Shown here: piece after piece, positions 28,433-38,992 of the stretch
Numbering within the stretch: position 1 is the first letter of the stretch
Layout of the letters: each line of letters begins with the position of its first letter
NCBI GenBank assembly: GCA_025336685.1
Contig: GCA_025336685.1_4717.1
DNA: 64,000 nt
From: Escherichia coli
GTDB lineage: Bacteria > Pseudomonadota > Gammaproteobacteria > Enterobacterales > Enterobacteriaceae
Direction: 5' to 3' (one strand)
Notes under the pieces: generated by a model
Databases searched by the model: none
What the model was told of the DNA's origin: nothing
The model's input: the letters and a program-made list of their open reading frames with translations, nothing else
Translations under genes and position numbers: made by a program

Positions 28433-31400
28433 TTACTTGTAGGCACCACAATGTGCTTTGATGAGGAAAAGCACCGCTTGCATCGGTTTATTGAACTGTT
28501 GCCATAACGTCAATGCCGGATGGAACAACCAATCTTCCAGGCCAAGAACAATACCGTAGTTAACGACATTATTAACATCGTTCTCAACGTTGAGTTCGCT
28601 ATCCAGGAATTTATCGATTGAACGCAGGGCCTGCATGGCGTTGTCGGCAATAAGCCACGCTTCATGCGCTTCACGAGCCGCACGCAGCAATGCTTCCAGT
28701 TCGCCGGTGCTGGCTACCGGTAACTCCTCACTGGTGAGGTCGTCAGAAACCGTAAACTGACGGTTGATACCAGTGTAGATCCACTGCATCAGTTTCGCTG
28801 CTTCCTCGTTCGGGTTGTTACGCGTTGTCGCATAGGTCGCGCTCATTTTCACGATATGCGTTTCACCAAGATACGCTTTGGACCCAACGCCTTTACGATC
28901 GCTGTCTTTCCACGGTTGTACGGTAGCGACCATGAGCTTATCCCATTTCTGAATAGGAATACGCTTCAGACCAACAACCGATCCGGCGGATGTTTCGGAC
29001 TGGTTGCTCTTCCGCACTTCGCTGAGCTCACGATCGATAGCAACGATTAATTCACGCGTCATGTTACCAAGCATTTTGATTTCACCCAACGCAGCGATGA
29101 GCTTCTTCACATCGGTAATAGGTTCACCACCGATGGTAAGATGACGGATGAAACGTTTCAGAATAATCCGTTCTGCTGCTGGGTTACCACGACGCGCTTT
29201 AGCCAACGCTTGCTGTGTTTCGGCGAACAGCTTATCCCATGGAGCCGTAGCGGCGGTATAGTAACGGTGGTTGGTTTCAATCCAGTTACCGATACGGTTG
29301 ACCGCACTCTTAACGGTATCCATGAACCCTTCCATCGCAATTTCGGTGGCTTCGACGTTACCCTGGAAGTTATCAGGACCGATCTCGCGTGCCGCTACCA
29401 GAATACCTTCCACTGCACTCACCGCGTGACGACCGATAGCCAGATTTCGCTGCGCTTCTTCAGCACGCTCAACGAATTCCACTACCGCAGGATCGTCAAC
29501 GATTTCCGCCTCGGCAACAACACGTGTACCTGCATCGCCTTCCAGTGTCTCGATAGTGACAACCGGATCGTTTTCACCAGCAACATCCTGGTACTCTTCC
29601 TGTTTGAGTTCGCCGTTATCGGCCGCTGCGACAGCGGTGAGTATACGGACGGTAACATCACCGAGTTCTTTCGCAGCGAATCCGTAGACGGTACATGCTG
29701 TTGTCGCAAAGTTCATCAGTGTGCGTGTGCGTTTAACGATGTAGCCAACGCCGTAGTCACTACCGTTCTTATCGATGTCGCGGATTAACCGTTCAGCTGT
29801 CTCCTGAAGTTGTGTAGCTGCTTTCAGAAGGTCTTCGTCAAACAGTTTCGTTGACGCATCGATCAGCATATCGACGCTAACGTTAGACGGTACGGCATCA
29901 TCCTGCTGTTTCATGGCGCTAAGTTCATCACGGAACTTACGAATACCGTCTAAAGCGGCGTCGGCGCTATGTCCGAACGCGGCCACGCCAGACATTGTTG
30001 TTGCTGTCAGCATGTCCGTATCAGCGTTTGGACTTTCGCCTTCTTTAAGATCCTTCAGCTGGTCGAAGAACTTACGGGATGCTTCAGCGATACGTTTGCT
30101 GTCTTTTACCGCGTTTACGATTTTATCAACCGATTTAGCGTCGTTCGCAAGCAGCGTGTCGAGTTTGTTCCATTCGATGTCGACTTTCTTTTCATCCGAA
30201 GTATTACTCGGTGGAGGAAGCAGTTTCATCACTGGTGCTGTGCGTTGTTCTTTGGTGAGCTTACCAGCCTTCTCTTCGATTTTCTTTTTATTAACACCGA
30301 AAAGTTTTCTTAGGCGTGCCACGATTGCTTTTAAGAACTTCACAACCGCTTCGTAAACCGATTTCAGAATCTGTTTAAAGCGACCTGGCTGCTTTTCCCC
30401 GTCTTCCAGATTGAGATCGCTATTTAGTGCGATATCAAGCTGTTTGTACGATTCCATGATGTATTCGTCTTTGATTTCAGGACGAATCTCGAAGCTTTCC
30501 ATCGGACCCTCAGCCGGACGGAATTCCATTTTCAGTTCGCCTTGCAGAGTAGGGTCGACAATGGCGATAGCTTCACCCTGACCATCAGCGTTAAAGCGCT
30601 CAGCGTAACGAGTACGACGAACAATAACACTCTTATCCCCATCAAGACGACGTACCACCATGGTGCCAGGAATGTACGGTTGTTCTGTTTCAATGACGGT
30701 TACATCTGTTTCACCTTCACCGAGAATAACAGAAGTGCGCTGTTCAACAACAGGAACATCTAATACACCGCGGGCTTCCAGCTCTTGATGAATTTCGAAC
30801 GACTCTTGTTTCAGATCTTCATCTTCTTCGTTTTCGTCGTCTTCATCGTCACCTTTGGTGGTTTTGGTGTCGGTAGCATCAGCATCCGTGTCTGCGTTGG
30901 TAGCTTCTTCGGACGCAGGTTCGGTGGTGCCGTCCTCGGTAGGCGTTTCATCAGCGTTATCGACGTCAACATCACCTTGCAGTTCTGTTTCCTGAGCAAC
31001 TGCTTCGGCTTTCTGCTCACCGGTGTTACCGTCATTAGCGTCGACAGCAGGTTGTTCGTCAGCGACGGTATCTTCAACCTTTTCTACTTTCTCCACGACA
31101 CGTTTAATCACGGTGACTTTGATGGGTTCTTCCGTTGTTTTGGTTTCTGGTGTTGCGTCGGCTACCGCAGGTGCTGTTTCAACAACAGGTTCTGCTTTTT
31201 CCGGTTCGACGACACTACCTTTAACACCTTCGGTGGTTTCTGCAGGTTGCGCTGCCTGTTCGATTTGTGCCGGATTGGTCGGATCGATGGCATTAGCCGC
31301 ATCCTGAATCTTGTTCTTCAGGTTGTCACGGTCAGCGCTAACGGTCGGGTCATTGGTCACTTTCGGTGCCGGTGTTTCGGTCGGCGCGTTTGCCGGATAC

Positions 31401-31798
31401 GGGTTCTTCGGCTCTTCACCAGGTGCGGTTGGTACCGCGATCAGAACGAACGGTTGAACATCGTTACCGTCTTCCATGGTCACGCCACCGTTGCTCGGCG
31501 TGAAACGGATTCGCAAGCTACCATCAATAGGACGGGTAACAATAACAGCACGTACGACATCCTCACCGTTTTCATCCGTGCTACGAATCACACGAACGGC
31601 GTCATCAACAGTAGCCCCTTCCTCGAGCGTATCTGATTCGATCGTCGCTTCGATGCTGTCTGGTCGTGCCGCTGTAGGTAATGCGATCACTTGCTCTTCT
31701 TTATCGGTAGAAAGCGTTGCTTTGACTTCGATAGGTGTATCGCCGCTTTCCAGGTTAAGATGCGACTTACGCATCAGATCAGCTAACGATTTTTTCAT
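28433..31798 (-). CDS. very large hypothetical virion-associated protein with internal duplication and acidic T/D/E-rich linker (1121 aa)
   Basis: ATG at 31798 with GAGGAA SD; repeated RxxIVxRxxDG..R(I/M)xFxP segments; contains MESFE/IMESY motifs shared with the head-internal paralogs. Confidence 0.9.
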   Translation of the reverse strand: MKKSLADLMRKSHLNLESGDTPIEVKATLSTDKEEQVIALPTAARPDSIEATIESDTLEEGATVDDAVRVIRSTDENGEDVVRAVIVTRPIDGSLRIRFTPSNGGVTMEDGNDVQPFVLIAVPTAPGEEPKNPYPANAPTETPAPKVTNDPTVSADRDNLKNKIQDAANAIDPTNPAQIEQAAQPAETTEGVKGSVVEPEKAEPVVETAPAVADATPETKTTEEPIKVTVIKRVVEKVEKVEDTVADEQPAVDANDGNTGEQKAEAVAQETELQGDVDVDNADETPTEDGTTEPASEEATNADTDADATDTKTTKGDDEDDENEEDEDLKQESFEIHQELEARGVLDVPVVEQRTSVILGEGETDVTVIETEQPYIPGTMVVRRLDGDKSVIVRRTRYAERFNADGQGEAIAIVDPTLQGELKMEFRPAEGPMESFEIRPEIKDEYIMESYKQLDIALNSDLNLEDGEKQPGRFKQILKSVYEAVVKFLKAIVARLRKLFGVNKKKIEEKAGKLTKEQRTAPVMKLLPPPSNTSDEKKVDIEWNKLDTLLANDAKSVDKIVNAVKDSKRIAEASRKFFDQLKDLKEGESPNADTDMLTATTMSGVAAFGHSADAALDGIRKFRDELSAMKQQDDAVPSNVSVDMLIDASTKLFDEDLLKAATQLQETAERLIRDIDKNGSDYGVGYIVKRTRTLMNFATTACTVYGFAAKELGDVTVRILTAVAAADNGELKQEEYQDVAGENDPVVTIETLEGDAGTRVVAEAEIVDDPAVVEFVERAEEAQRNLAIGRHAVSAVEGILVAAREIGPDNFQGNVEATEIAMEGFMDTVKSAVNRIGNWIETNHRYYTAATAPWDKLFAETQQALAKARRGNPAAERIILKRFIRHLTIGGEPITDVKKLIAALGEIKMLGNMTRELIVAIDRELSEVRKSNQSETSAGSVVGLKRIPIQKWDKLMVATVQPWKDSDRKGVGSKAYLGETHIVKMSATYATTRNNPNEEAAKLMQWIYTGINRQFTVSDDLTSEELPVASTGELEALLRAAREAHEAWLIADNAMQALRSIDKFLDSELNVENDVNNVVNYGIVLGLEDWLFHPALTLWQQFNKPMQAVLFLIKAHCGAYK

Positions 31799-31813
31799 AA
31801 AGCGTTATTCCTC

Positions 31814-32920
31814 TTAAAAGTAATATTTCAGCGCCTCGCGAGAGACATCAAGCATAGCCGCCGTTGAATTCGTAAAGAACTCGGCATAGCCCACAAGCGG
31901 CACCTTGATCCACGCGGTATACGCTGTAAGGTATCGAGAAAGGGCTACCATAGCATCATCAGAAGCAGTAGTAACTGACAACTGACCTTGTTGACGATAA
32001 ACGTCGTTAAGTTTCGCTTGTAGATTCCCTGCAATTTCGAGTAACTCGTTGGCGTACTTTTTACGATGGTAACTAACCAGCAAATCAACGCCCGTATTCA
32101 CAGACTCGAGCAACACACCAACTTGTTCTAATGTTGGCATTGTAACCACCATATCCCGTTCAATGGACGGCACATCCTGGACTTCAAACCGTGCGGATTG
32201 AATAGCGAGGGATTGTTGAATTGAACCAGAACCTGAGGTGGTAACCTGATCGAGTCGTAGCGTACGGTTGCCCAGTAACGTTACGTTGACAAGTCTCGAT
32301 TCGTTCAGCGTACTGTAGACTTTATGCAATAACGTATACGCATCACGATTAATCACATCGATTAATGCGGTATCCGTCTGTTTTAAGATAATGTCGAGTG
32401 CTCTATCTAACGTATTAGCGAACTGCTTGAAATCATCACGGAATGACGAAGACAAGAGATATTCGGCGATTGCCAAATTCTGTTTGTATAGCGTATTCCC
32501 GGTTGTGAAATCGAACCCAAAACTGTTCCCATACCGTAGGTGCGGAGCCAACGTCGACGTAGCTTCGAAGCTTTGCGCGATAGGTTTACGACCAACGGCT
32601 TTTGTGTAGTGACGGCGGATGTTACTGAGTTCGAGTTGTAGTGCGCGACTACGATCGATAAACCGTGCGATAAACGCAGTAATGTTCCGCAACGTTGTCC
32701 AGATTGCATCGATGATAGCTTTGATGATTTTCATCGCAAGCTGATTGTACGATTCCATCGTGAGGAGATCAGCACTTTCTGTGGTATAACCGGTCGTCGG
32801 AATACCGCCCGCTTGCTGATAAATAAGCTGATGAATTTGTCGTTGCGTTGCTGTCTCTGGCACAGGTAATGTCTTTAACAAGCTTAACGCTTGAATCTGT
32901 CCGTCATAGGTCTGCGGCAT
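31814..32920 (-). CDS. hypothetical protein with LTMESY motif (about 368 aa)
   Basis: ORF-track start 32971 overlaps upstream gene by 68 nt; ATG at 32920 has GAGGAA SD at 8 nt. Confidence 0.8.
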   Translation of the reverse strand: MPQTYDGQIQALSLLKTLPVPETATQRQIHQLIYQQAGGIPTTGYTTESADLLTMESYNQLAMKIIKAIIDAIWTTLRNITAFIARFIDRSRALQLELSNIRRHYTKAVGRKPIAQSFEATSTLAPHLRYGNSFGFDFTTGNTLYKQNLAIAEYLLSSSFRDDFKQFANTLDRALDIILKQTDTALIDVINRDAYTLLHKVYSTLNESRLVNVTLLGNRTLRLDQVTTSGSGSIQQSLAIQSARFEVQDVPSIERDMVVTMPTLEQVGVLLESVNTGVDLLVSYHRKKYANELLEIAGNLQAKLNDVYRQQGQLSVTTASDDAMVALSRYLTAYTAWIKVPLVGYAEFFTNSTAAMLDVSREALKYYF

Positions 32921-34205
32921 TGCTGGTTTCCTCAAGTTCGAGATGCGCATCAAGATAATCATTAAGACCATCGATGACGTCGCAGACAGTTAACAGGAAT
33001 CGGGCAAAAGCGACCGCCTGGAAGCCGACGACGTTACGCGCGATACCTACACGTTGAACGATAGCGGATGATGCGGTATCGTTGTTATCCATCTGTTGTA
33101 GTAAACGCTCGTAAGGTTGAATCCATTCGTCCTGGTCGGCAAGGCTTGCTTCAAGACAACGTTTAAATTCCAACTGTCGTAGCGTAGACCATAATGTACT
33201 TAATGCGTTGATGATCGCGTTGGTTCCGTCGATAACATCGTTTAACGGTAAGAAACGGAATCCGTCTTTTGCTGATTGGAAAGGTACAGCTTCCCACACA
33301 ACGCTGAACTGCGTTCCTGATGTGTCTTCGATGTTGTGTAATTTAAGGTAGGAAGCACCAACAGGAACGTCAACGACCAGATCGTCTGTTCCGGTAGGTG
33401 TTAACGGCTTCTCGCATAACGCATCGTTGATGACCTCGAGAATATTCTCCCAACAGGCTTCGTTTTCTGCAGCGATACCTTCTTTGTTATCCACTGATGG
33501 TGCTTTTAGTAGCTGCATTAATAACGGATCGAGTTGACGATGCCATGTTGCGAGTATCCCTGTGTTCGTTACGATGTTTTCTGCGGTTTGTTGTAAATCA
33601 GCAATACTGCTTACCGCACCGCCTTTCGGATGAAGATATCGCCAATTGTAAGGAAAGTTCTCCCAGAATGCGTTATCTTCATTAACATCGTATTCAGAAA
33701 TAGTTTTCAACGCAGCCGCTTTCTTTAATAACGGCTTCACCTGACGAACGAATCGACGATAACAGCGATTGCAGATATCGATCGCGTAGCGGTATAACTC
33801 GTTCATGTAAAGCCATAATGCACGGGTTGCTTCTTTTGCGGTCTTGTCAAAACTTTCCATGTTCAAGCTCATCCCGCTGGAAGTTTCCTCTTCCATACCT
33901 TCGATGATGTGGTTTGGATCCATCCCCATCCCGGCTGCTGCGGTCGATGCGATATGTTTGATCGTGCTGATATCGCGTTCTTCAGCCTCAGTCATATCTG
34001 GGATAATATCCAACCTGAGTTTATTTAATGTTTGAAGGTGTTGTTCACCTTCTTTCATCACCATGTTTGTTTCGTCGATTGAGTGAAACTGGTTCTCAAT
34101 ATTACTGGCATCGAGAATATTGCCAGCGATACCGAACGATTCTACAGGTTCATCATCAATCCCTTGAAACAACGATGTCATGGGTTGTTGCAACACGTTT
34201 TCCAT
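32904..34205 (-). CDS. head-internal (inner-body-like) protein paralog (433 aa)
   Basis: ATG with AGGAG SD; acidic N-terminus, conserved ISTIKHIASTAAAGMG and NMESFDK segments shared with the three genes upstream. Confidence 0.85.
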   Translation of the reverse strand: MENVLQQPMTSLFQGIDDEPVESFGIAGNILDASNIENQFHSIDETNMVMKEGEQHLQTLNKLRLDIIPDMTEAEERDISTIKHIASTAAAGMGMDPNHIIEGMEEETSSGMSLNMESFDKTAKEATRALWLYMNELYRYAIDICNRCYRRFVRQVKPLLKKAAALKTISEYDVNEDNAFWENFPYNWRYLHPKGGAVSSIADLQQTAENIVTNTGILATWHRQLDPLLMQLLKAPSVDNKEGIAAENEACWENILEVINDALCEKPLTPTGTDDLVVDVPVGASYLKLHNIEDTSGTQFSVVWEAVPFQSAKDGFRFLPLNDVIDGTNAIINALSTLWSTLRQLEFKRCLEASLADQDEWIQPYERLLQQMDNNDTASSAIVQRVGIARNVVGFQAVAFARFLLTVCDVIDGLNDYLDAHLELEETSNAADL

Positions 34206-34311
34206 TTGGGACTCCTACGTAGGGAAATCTTGGCGGGTGATCATGTCCGCCATTTACCTTCTGAACCGTTGATTCAGAAGTCAAAAGATAACCGGATACC
34301 GGCGTCATAAA

Positions 34312-34343
34312 CCTTCCTCCTTCCCTTACGGGTTGGAGGAAGG
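34312..34343 (-). terminator. junction hairpin CCTTCCTCC-TT-CCC-TTAC-GGG-TTG-GGAGGAAGG
   Basis: Perfect inverted repeat after the stop of 34354-35643; flanked by CATAAA and TTATG. Confidence 0.5.
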
Positions 34344-34353
34344 GATAGGGTGA

Positions 34354-35643
34354 TTATGCTTTTTCGGTCGCTGCGTTGAAGTATTTCGCAGCAGCAAATA
34401 CAGCATCCGCATACTGACGTACAGAGGCACGGAGGATCTTAGTTCCTAATACAGAGCTTAAACGAGCCATTTCTGTTACAGCTGTGATATAAGGACGTAC
34501 GGTTTCACGATCAGCCTCAGGTAACTTGTCGAGCATTTCGCCCCACTTCGTTTTGATCTGCATTCCGTTGAGTTTAGCGTCTCGTCCTACAGAGCGCGCC
34601 AAACTTTCAACTTTATGCAAATACGTCGGTTCCACCATACGGAATGCCTTCAGATATGCAGTCAATGCGCTTTTCAGCTCATTCCCATCGTGGAAAATAT
34701 TCGCATTTTCGATTTTATCTGTTACGGTGTCAACAACTTCAATATGAACATCCTTCACCAAAGCACATGCTTTAACGACATCCTTCTCTTTTTCTAGCGC
34801 ATCCAACCCTTTAACGACATATTGTTTTCCACCACTTTCTGGAAGTCTGAACGCCCTCAGTGCGGCTTTAGTGGCCTGAAGATACTCGTCTAGGACACGA
34901 TCAAGCGTTGTTAAATCAGTTAGGACATTAATGTCGTAGTTGATATCGCCGATCTTAGTAAATAAGAAATCTGATATCGTCGCACTTGCAGCCAGTTGTT
35001 CGATATGTTTGCTAACGGATGCCGCATCAACAGATTTTGCGTTCGGGAACATATTAACCATATTCCCGGTAGGCTTCTCTAGTTGTTTGATCTGACGTTC
35101 CCCTTTATTGACTTCGGATGCAATTTTGGTGATCTCAGCATAAGCCAGAACGAGATTCTTGAACAACATCTGGAACAGTTTGAACAGTTGCTCAGCAATA
35201 TTTGCAATGATTACCCAAACTGCGTATAACGCTTGTGCTGCGCGTTCTTTAAAGCCTTCCAGTACGATAGCCTGTCCTTCCACTAATTTATCATTAGCCT
35301 GGAACATGTCTTCATCAGACATCCCCAGGTTTGCTGCTGATGTCGAAGCGATCTGACGGATAAGTGCGACGTCGCTCACACGTGCTTCCGAGATCGTTGG
35401 TGCGATCATGTACGCTGTATCTTCCAGCGTTGCTGAGGTACGCACTGCAATTTCAGCCAGTTCGCTGGATTCATCGATTGTCTCGTCGGTATGTCGAATC
35501 ACCAACTCAACTTCACCCTCTTCAATTTCTGCGTTAGGATCGTGTTGCTCCGTCGGAATCGTCGCGAGAAGATCTTCGGCGCTGAGCAATGCGAGTTCGA
35601 ATGCGTTTTTATTGACGTTGTCAAAAAGAGAAATACGTGCCAT
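34354..35643 (-). CDS. head-internal (inner-body-like) protein paralog (429 aa)
   Basis: ATG with AGGAA SD; VSDVALIRQIASTSAANLG and IVLEGFK segments. Confidence 0.85.
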   Translation of the reverse strand: MARISLFDNVNKNAFELALLSAEDLLATIPTEQHDPNAEIEEGEVELVIRHTDETIDESSELAEIAVRTSATLEDTAYMIAPTISEARVSDVALIRQIASTSAANLGMSDEDMFQANDKLVEGQAIVLEGFKERAAQALYAVWVIIANIAEQLFKLFQMLFKNLVLAYAEITKIASEVNKGERQIKQLEKPTGNMVNMFPNAKSVDAASVSKHIEQLAASATISDFLFTKIGDINYDINVLTDLTTLDRVLDEYLQATKAALRAFRLPESGGKQYVVKGLDALEKEKDVVKACALVKDVHIEVVDTVTDKIENANIFHDGNELKSALTAYLKAFRMVEPTYLHKVESLARSVGRDAKLNGMQIKTKWGEMLDKLPEADRETVRPYITAVTEMARLSSVLGTKILRASVRQYADAVFAAAKYFNAATEKA

Positions 35644-35652
35644 GTTAGTTCC

Positions 35653-36969
35653 TTAACCTTTGGTATAGGCTTTAACGAGAGTGTTGATAAATGAAGTCAG
35701 TGCGCGAAGATACTGGTACGCGAACTGGTTTTCAATACGGTTCTCTTTACCGCAAAGCAGAATCGCGCGCTTAACGAGCTTAGGATAGATCTCGATGTAC
35801 GGTTGGTAGCTTGCATCAAAATTCTGCTCGTTGAAGCGTTTCATGGTGATTTCCTGGATACGCTCCATGGTGCGAATTTTATTGCGAGAGAATATCTCAG
35901 AGAAAGCACGTCCGCGTTTTGTTACCATCAACAGATCTTTCGCGAACGTCAGTTGTCGAACGCTACGCAAATCGTCAGGTGTTGGTAGGACGTACGTTTC
36001 TGGATCGTTATCCCATTCAACATCTTCAACGACAATATCCAAGTCGAGGTAACGTTTAACAGCATCGATGATATTGTCTTTTGACGCATCGAATTCTTTC
36101 AAGAAGACTGCGCCGTTGATGTAGCGGATACGTTTTCCGGAAACCGTTGGGGTGATAACGTCAGCACCTTCCACAGAACCACGATTTTCCAGCGTCGATT
36201 TGACAGCGTTCAAGAAAGTCAGATAATCAACGGGAAGTTTTTCAACCTTATCTAAATGGAAGTCGATGATGTTTAATCCTAACCCATCAATAACTGAATA
36301 ACCGTCCGATTTAAGGAACATCTGATTGAAGGTATCGATGTTGCTTTTCAGCGTGTCTACACCACCAACGTTGTTACGGTTAGGGAAAAGTGTTCGCCAC
36401 TCTGCTTTAAACGCGACCTCTTTATTTTCCGTGTATTTGCCTTTGGGCATTTGTTCGAGGGCTGCAATAGCTTTCTGAAAATTGCGTGTCTCGTCATAAA
36501 CAAGATGGGTAAGCTTCTCGAAGGCTGCTGCCAGAGTCAGGGCAATATCAACGATGATATCCCAGATCTTTTTCATGGCTTTTACAACGGTGTCTTTAAA
36601 CCCTTCAACAACCAAAGCTTCTCCAATCTCAACACGGTCGGTTGGAGTCAGCAATGCTTCGGAGGGCAAGCCCAAAGCAATCGATGCGGATTCTTGAATG
36701 TTACGAACCAACGCAACATCACTGTAGTTAGCCGATTCGATAGTCGGGGCAACATCAAAACTGATTTCCCGCAGTGCTTCAACAGCAGGGAAAGCACGAT
36801 CAAGTGCATCTTCATGTTCGTCGATTGTCGCCAAACGTAACTCAACACCATCAGCATCGATGACTTCAGCGGTAGGCTCCACAGCAAGCGCTTCAGCAAC
36901 AATAGGATCTTTTTCAAACGCTTCGAGGCTGATATCGCCTTGGGTCGCAAATAGCGGTATGTGTACCAT
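35653..36969 (-). CDS. head-internal (inner-body-like) protein paralog (about 438 aa)
   Basis: ORF-track start 36993 is TTG; ATG at 36969 has GGAGA SD at 7 nt; YSDVALVRNIQESASIALG and LVVEGFK segments. Confidence 0.85.
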   Translation of the reverse strand: MVHIPLFATQGDISLEAFEKDPIVAEALAVEPTAEVIDADGVELRLATIDEHEDALDRAFPAVEALREISFDVAPTIESANYSDVALVRNIQESASIALGLPSEALLTPTDRVEIGEALVVEGFKDTVVKAMKKIWDIIVDIALTLAAAFEKLTHLVYDETRNFQKAIAALEQMPKGKYTENKEVAFKAEWRTLFPNRNNVGGVDTLKSNIDTFNQMFLKSDGYSVIDGLGLNIIDFHLDKVEKLPVDYLTFLNAVKSTLENRGSVEGADVITPTVSGKRIRYINGAVFLKEFDASKDNIIDAVKRYLDLDIVVEDVEWDNDPETYVLPTPDDLRSVRQLTFAKDLLMVTKRGRAFSEIFSRNKIRTMERIQEITMKRFNEQNFDASYQPYIEIYPKLVKRAILLCGKENRIENQFAYQYLRALTSFINTLVKAYTKG

Positions 36970-37017
36970 GTGTTGTCTCCAGTAATGATTCAAAAGATAA
37001 ACCTGAGCGGCATAGAA

Positions 37018-37049
37018 CCCTCTCCCAACCCGTAAGGGAAGGGAGAGGG
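37018..37049 (-). terminator. junction hairpin CCCTCTCCC-AA-CCC-GTAA-GGG-AA-GGGAGAGGG
   Basis: Perfect inverted repeat after the stop of the codon-optimised 441-aa gene; flanked by CATAGAA and AATATG. Confidence 0.55.
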
Positions 37050-37071
37050 AATATGTCAGTTTATTAACTGA

Positions 37072-38397
37072 TTACTGCTGTGCTGCGTCAGCCGGTTTCT
37101 CGGCCGCCTGGCCGCCGTACTCTTTCAGCATTTTAGCAGCGCCATCCAGGACAGCGTTACCTGCCTGAACACCGTATTTCATCAGACCAGTCTGTGGGTT
37201 CACGTAGCAGGAACGTGCGTCTTTCAGTGCAGACAGTACAGCTTGAACACGCTGTTTTTCCTGAGCGGAAACTTCGCCTTTCTTAGACAGATCAGCTTCC
37301 ATTGCGTCGCCGAATTTAACAGCGTCTTTGAAGCCCTGGGATTTCTTACCGATGTTGCCTTTCAGCGCCAGCAGTTTGTCAGCCAGTACTTCAACACCGC
37401 TAACCGCAGCGGCCAGCTGATTCAGGGACAGGACGGTAGCTTCAACTTCTTTTGCTTCACCGGAGCGTTCCCAGGTTACTTTACCATCGTTGGCTTTGAA
37501 ACCCCAGCCCGCAGGACCAGCAACGTCAGCAATCGCCGGAGCGTTCAGTTTATCGGCGTACTCGGTGTGAGATTTAGCAACAACAGTGTTGACGAATTTA
37601 TCAGCACGATCGTCAGCAGCCTTCATTGCTTTCTCGAAGGTGTCGGCGATTTTGGTCGCACCGGTAACCAGATCGTCGCCACCGATGTAACCTGAAATGC
37701 CACTACCCAGGGTAACTTTGGCATTTTTAGCAGCGCCTTTACGCTTGGCGATCATTTCTTTCAGTTTAGCAGCGCGTGCTTTCAGTTTGGTCGCGCCGTC
37801 GAAGATGCGATCCATGAACTTCACGAAGGTTTCCCAGGAAGTTTTCAGGAAGTTCTTGATGGTTGCCCACAGTTTCTGCCACCATTTTTGTTCTTCCAGG
37901 AAGATCATGTTGGTTGCATCGTAACGGGAAGCAGAACCACCGAAGCTTTCGAAGGACGGCATGGTTTCCGGCAGTTTGAAACCGATAGTACCACACAGGC
38001 GTTTCAGGTTACGCATGTGTTCCTGAGCGGTTTGTGCAGACATACCACCGTCTTTCAGGTAGCTTTCGGTTGCAACAACGGTTTCCGTCAGTTCATCCAT
38101 GGCTTCATCCATGGCTTCTGCGGTTTCGTCGTCTTTTGCAATTTCGATAACAACAGCGTCAACCTGCTCGATATCGCCACGAACTTCGATAGCCAGTTCG
38201 GTTTCAGCTGCAGTATCTTCAGCGATTTCAGCGCGTTCGGTCAGTTCAGCTACAACGGTTTCATCTGCTGCTGCTGCGGCATCAGCTGCCGGTTCTGCTT
38301 CAACGGTTGCCGCTGCATCCGGATCGATCTCAGCAGCCAGTTGAACCAGCTGTGCGTTAGATGGATTTGCGACAAGACGATCAAAAATAGAAGGCAT
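37072..38397 (-). CDS. abundant head-internal protein paralog, codon-optimised (441 aa)
   Basis: ATG at 38397 with AAAGGAAA SD; strongly optimised codon usage like the capsid candidate; Ala/Glu-rich acidic N-terminus; SFESFGG motif. Confidence 0.9.
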   Translation of the reverse strand: MPSIFDRLVANPSNAQLVQLAAEIDPDAAATVEAEPAADAAAAADETVVAELTERAEIAEDTAAETELAIEVRGDIEQVDAVVIEIAKDDETAEAMDEAMDELTETVVATESYLKDGGMSAQTAQEHMRNLKRLCGTIGFKLPETMPSFESFGGSASRYDATNMIFLEEQKWWQKLWATIKNFLKTSWETFVKFMDRIFDGATKLKARAAKLKEMIAKRKGAAKNAKVTLGSGISGYIGGDDLVTGATKIADTFEKAMKAADDRADKFVNTVVAKSHTEYADKLNAPAIADVAGPAGWGFKANDGKVTWERSGEAKEVEATVLSLNQLAAAVSGVEVLADKLLALKGNIGKKSQGFKDAVKFGDAMEADLSKKGEVSAQEKQRVQAVLSALKDARSCYVNPQTGLMKYGVQAGNAVLDGAAKMLKEYGGQAAEKPADAAQQ

Positions 38398-38422
38398 AAT
38401 TTGTTTCCTTTACAATAAATTG

Positions 38423-38438
38423 CACATTAGCTAATGTG
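38423..38438. promoter_or_regulatory. perfect 16-bp palindrome CACATTAGCTAATGTG about 25 nt upstream of the 441-aa gene start
   Basis: Exact palindrome read directly; adjacent second imperfect inverted repeat (TTAAGTG...CACTTAA). Confidence 0.35.
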
Positions 38439-38461
38439 GCTTAAGTGAGCCATTAGCCCAC

Positions 38462-38992
38462 TTAAAAGCCCTTAAAACCCGGTGCCATAGGTTGCCCAAA
38501 CACCGCATTCAAAGTACATATGATGTCCTGGATGCCATTGTCCCAATGGAGCCAAGTACGCACCATCTCTTCGTCTGACAACGTGATATAACTCATAAGT
38601 TTACCGCTGCTTTCCAGACGTTGGTGCGAACTTAGCGACTGACGATCTGACCAGTTATCAATCAGTTGACCAGCGATCTGAACGTTCGTGTCTCGTCTAC
38701 CTGTGTGAATGAACCGCAGTGTATCACGGATAAACTCCAGACTGGTGAAGTTCAGATTTGGGTTATGGCTGTTCATTTCCACCCAGTCGGTAATGGGGTA
38801 CATCAAACGATAAAGGGTAGAAAGAACCTGACGCTCGTATTTCCAGTCATCGAGAGGAGTACCGTCGACCAGACGCTGATACAAACTAACAACGTCGCGA
38901 TCGTAGTTCTCCTGACGTTTTACGCCGTTAACCGGAAATCCGAAGAATCCGGTACCGTATAACGTTAAAGGGACGTCACGAAGTGCACTCAT
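38462..38992 (-). CDS. hypothetical protein (about 176 aa)
   Basis: ORF-track start 39124 overlaps upstream ORF by 135 nt; internal ATG at 38992 forms an ATGA overlap with the upstream stop. Confidence 0.7.
   Translation of the reverse strand: MSALRDVPLTLYGTGFFGFPVNGVKRQENYDRDVVSLYQRLVDGTPLDDWKYERQVLSTLYRLMYPITDWVEMNSHNPNLNFTSLEFIRDTLRFIHTGRRDTNVQIAGQLIDNWSDRQSLSSHQRLESSGKLMSYITLSDEEMVRTWLHWDNGIQDIICTLNAVFGQPMAPGFKGF

Noticed and set aside
29141-31817. Plus-strand ORFs 29141-29788, 29913-30356, 30785-31636, 31476-31817
   Set aside because: All lie antisense within the 1121-aa minus-strand gene; peptides are Cys/Phe/Arg-rich nonsense typical of mirror frames.
37243-38418. Plus-strand ORFs 37243-37695, 37888-38418, 38099-38344
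   Set aside because: Antisense to the codon-optimised 441-aa gene; same mirror-ORF artefact.
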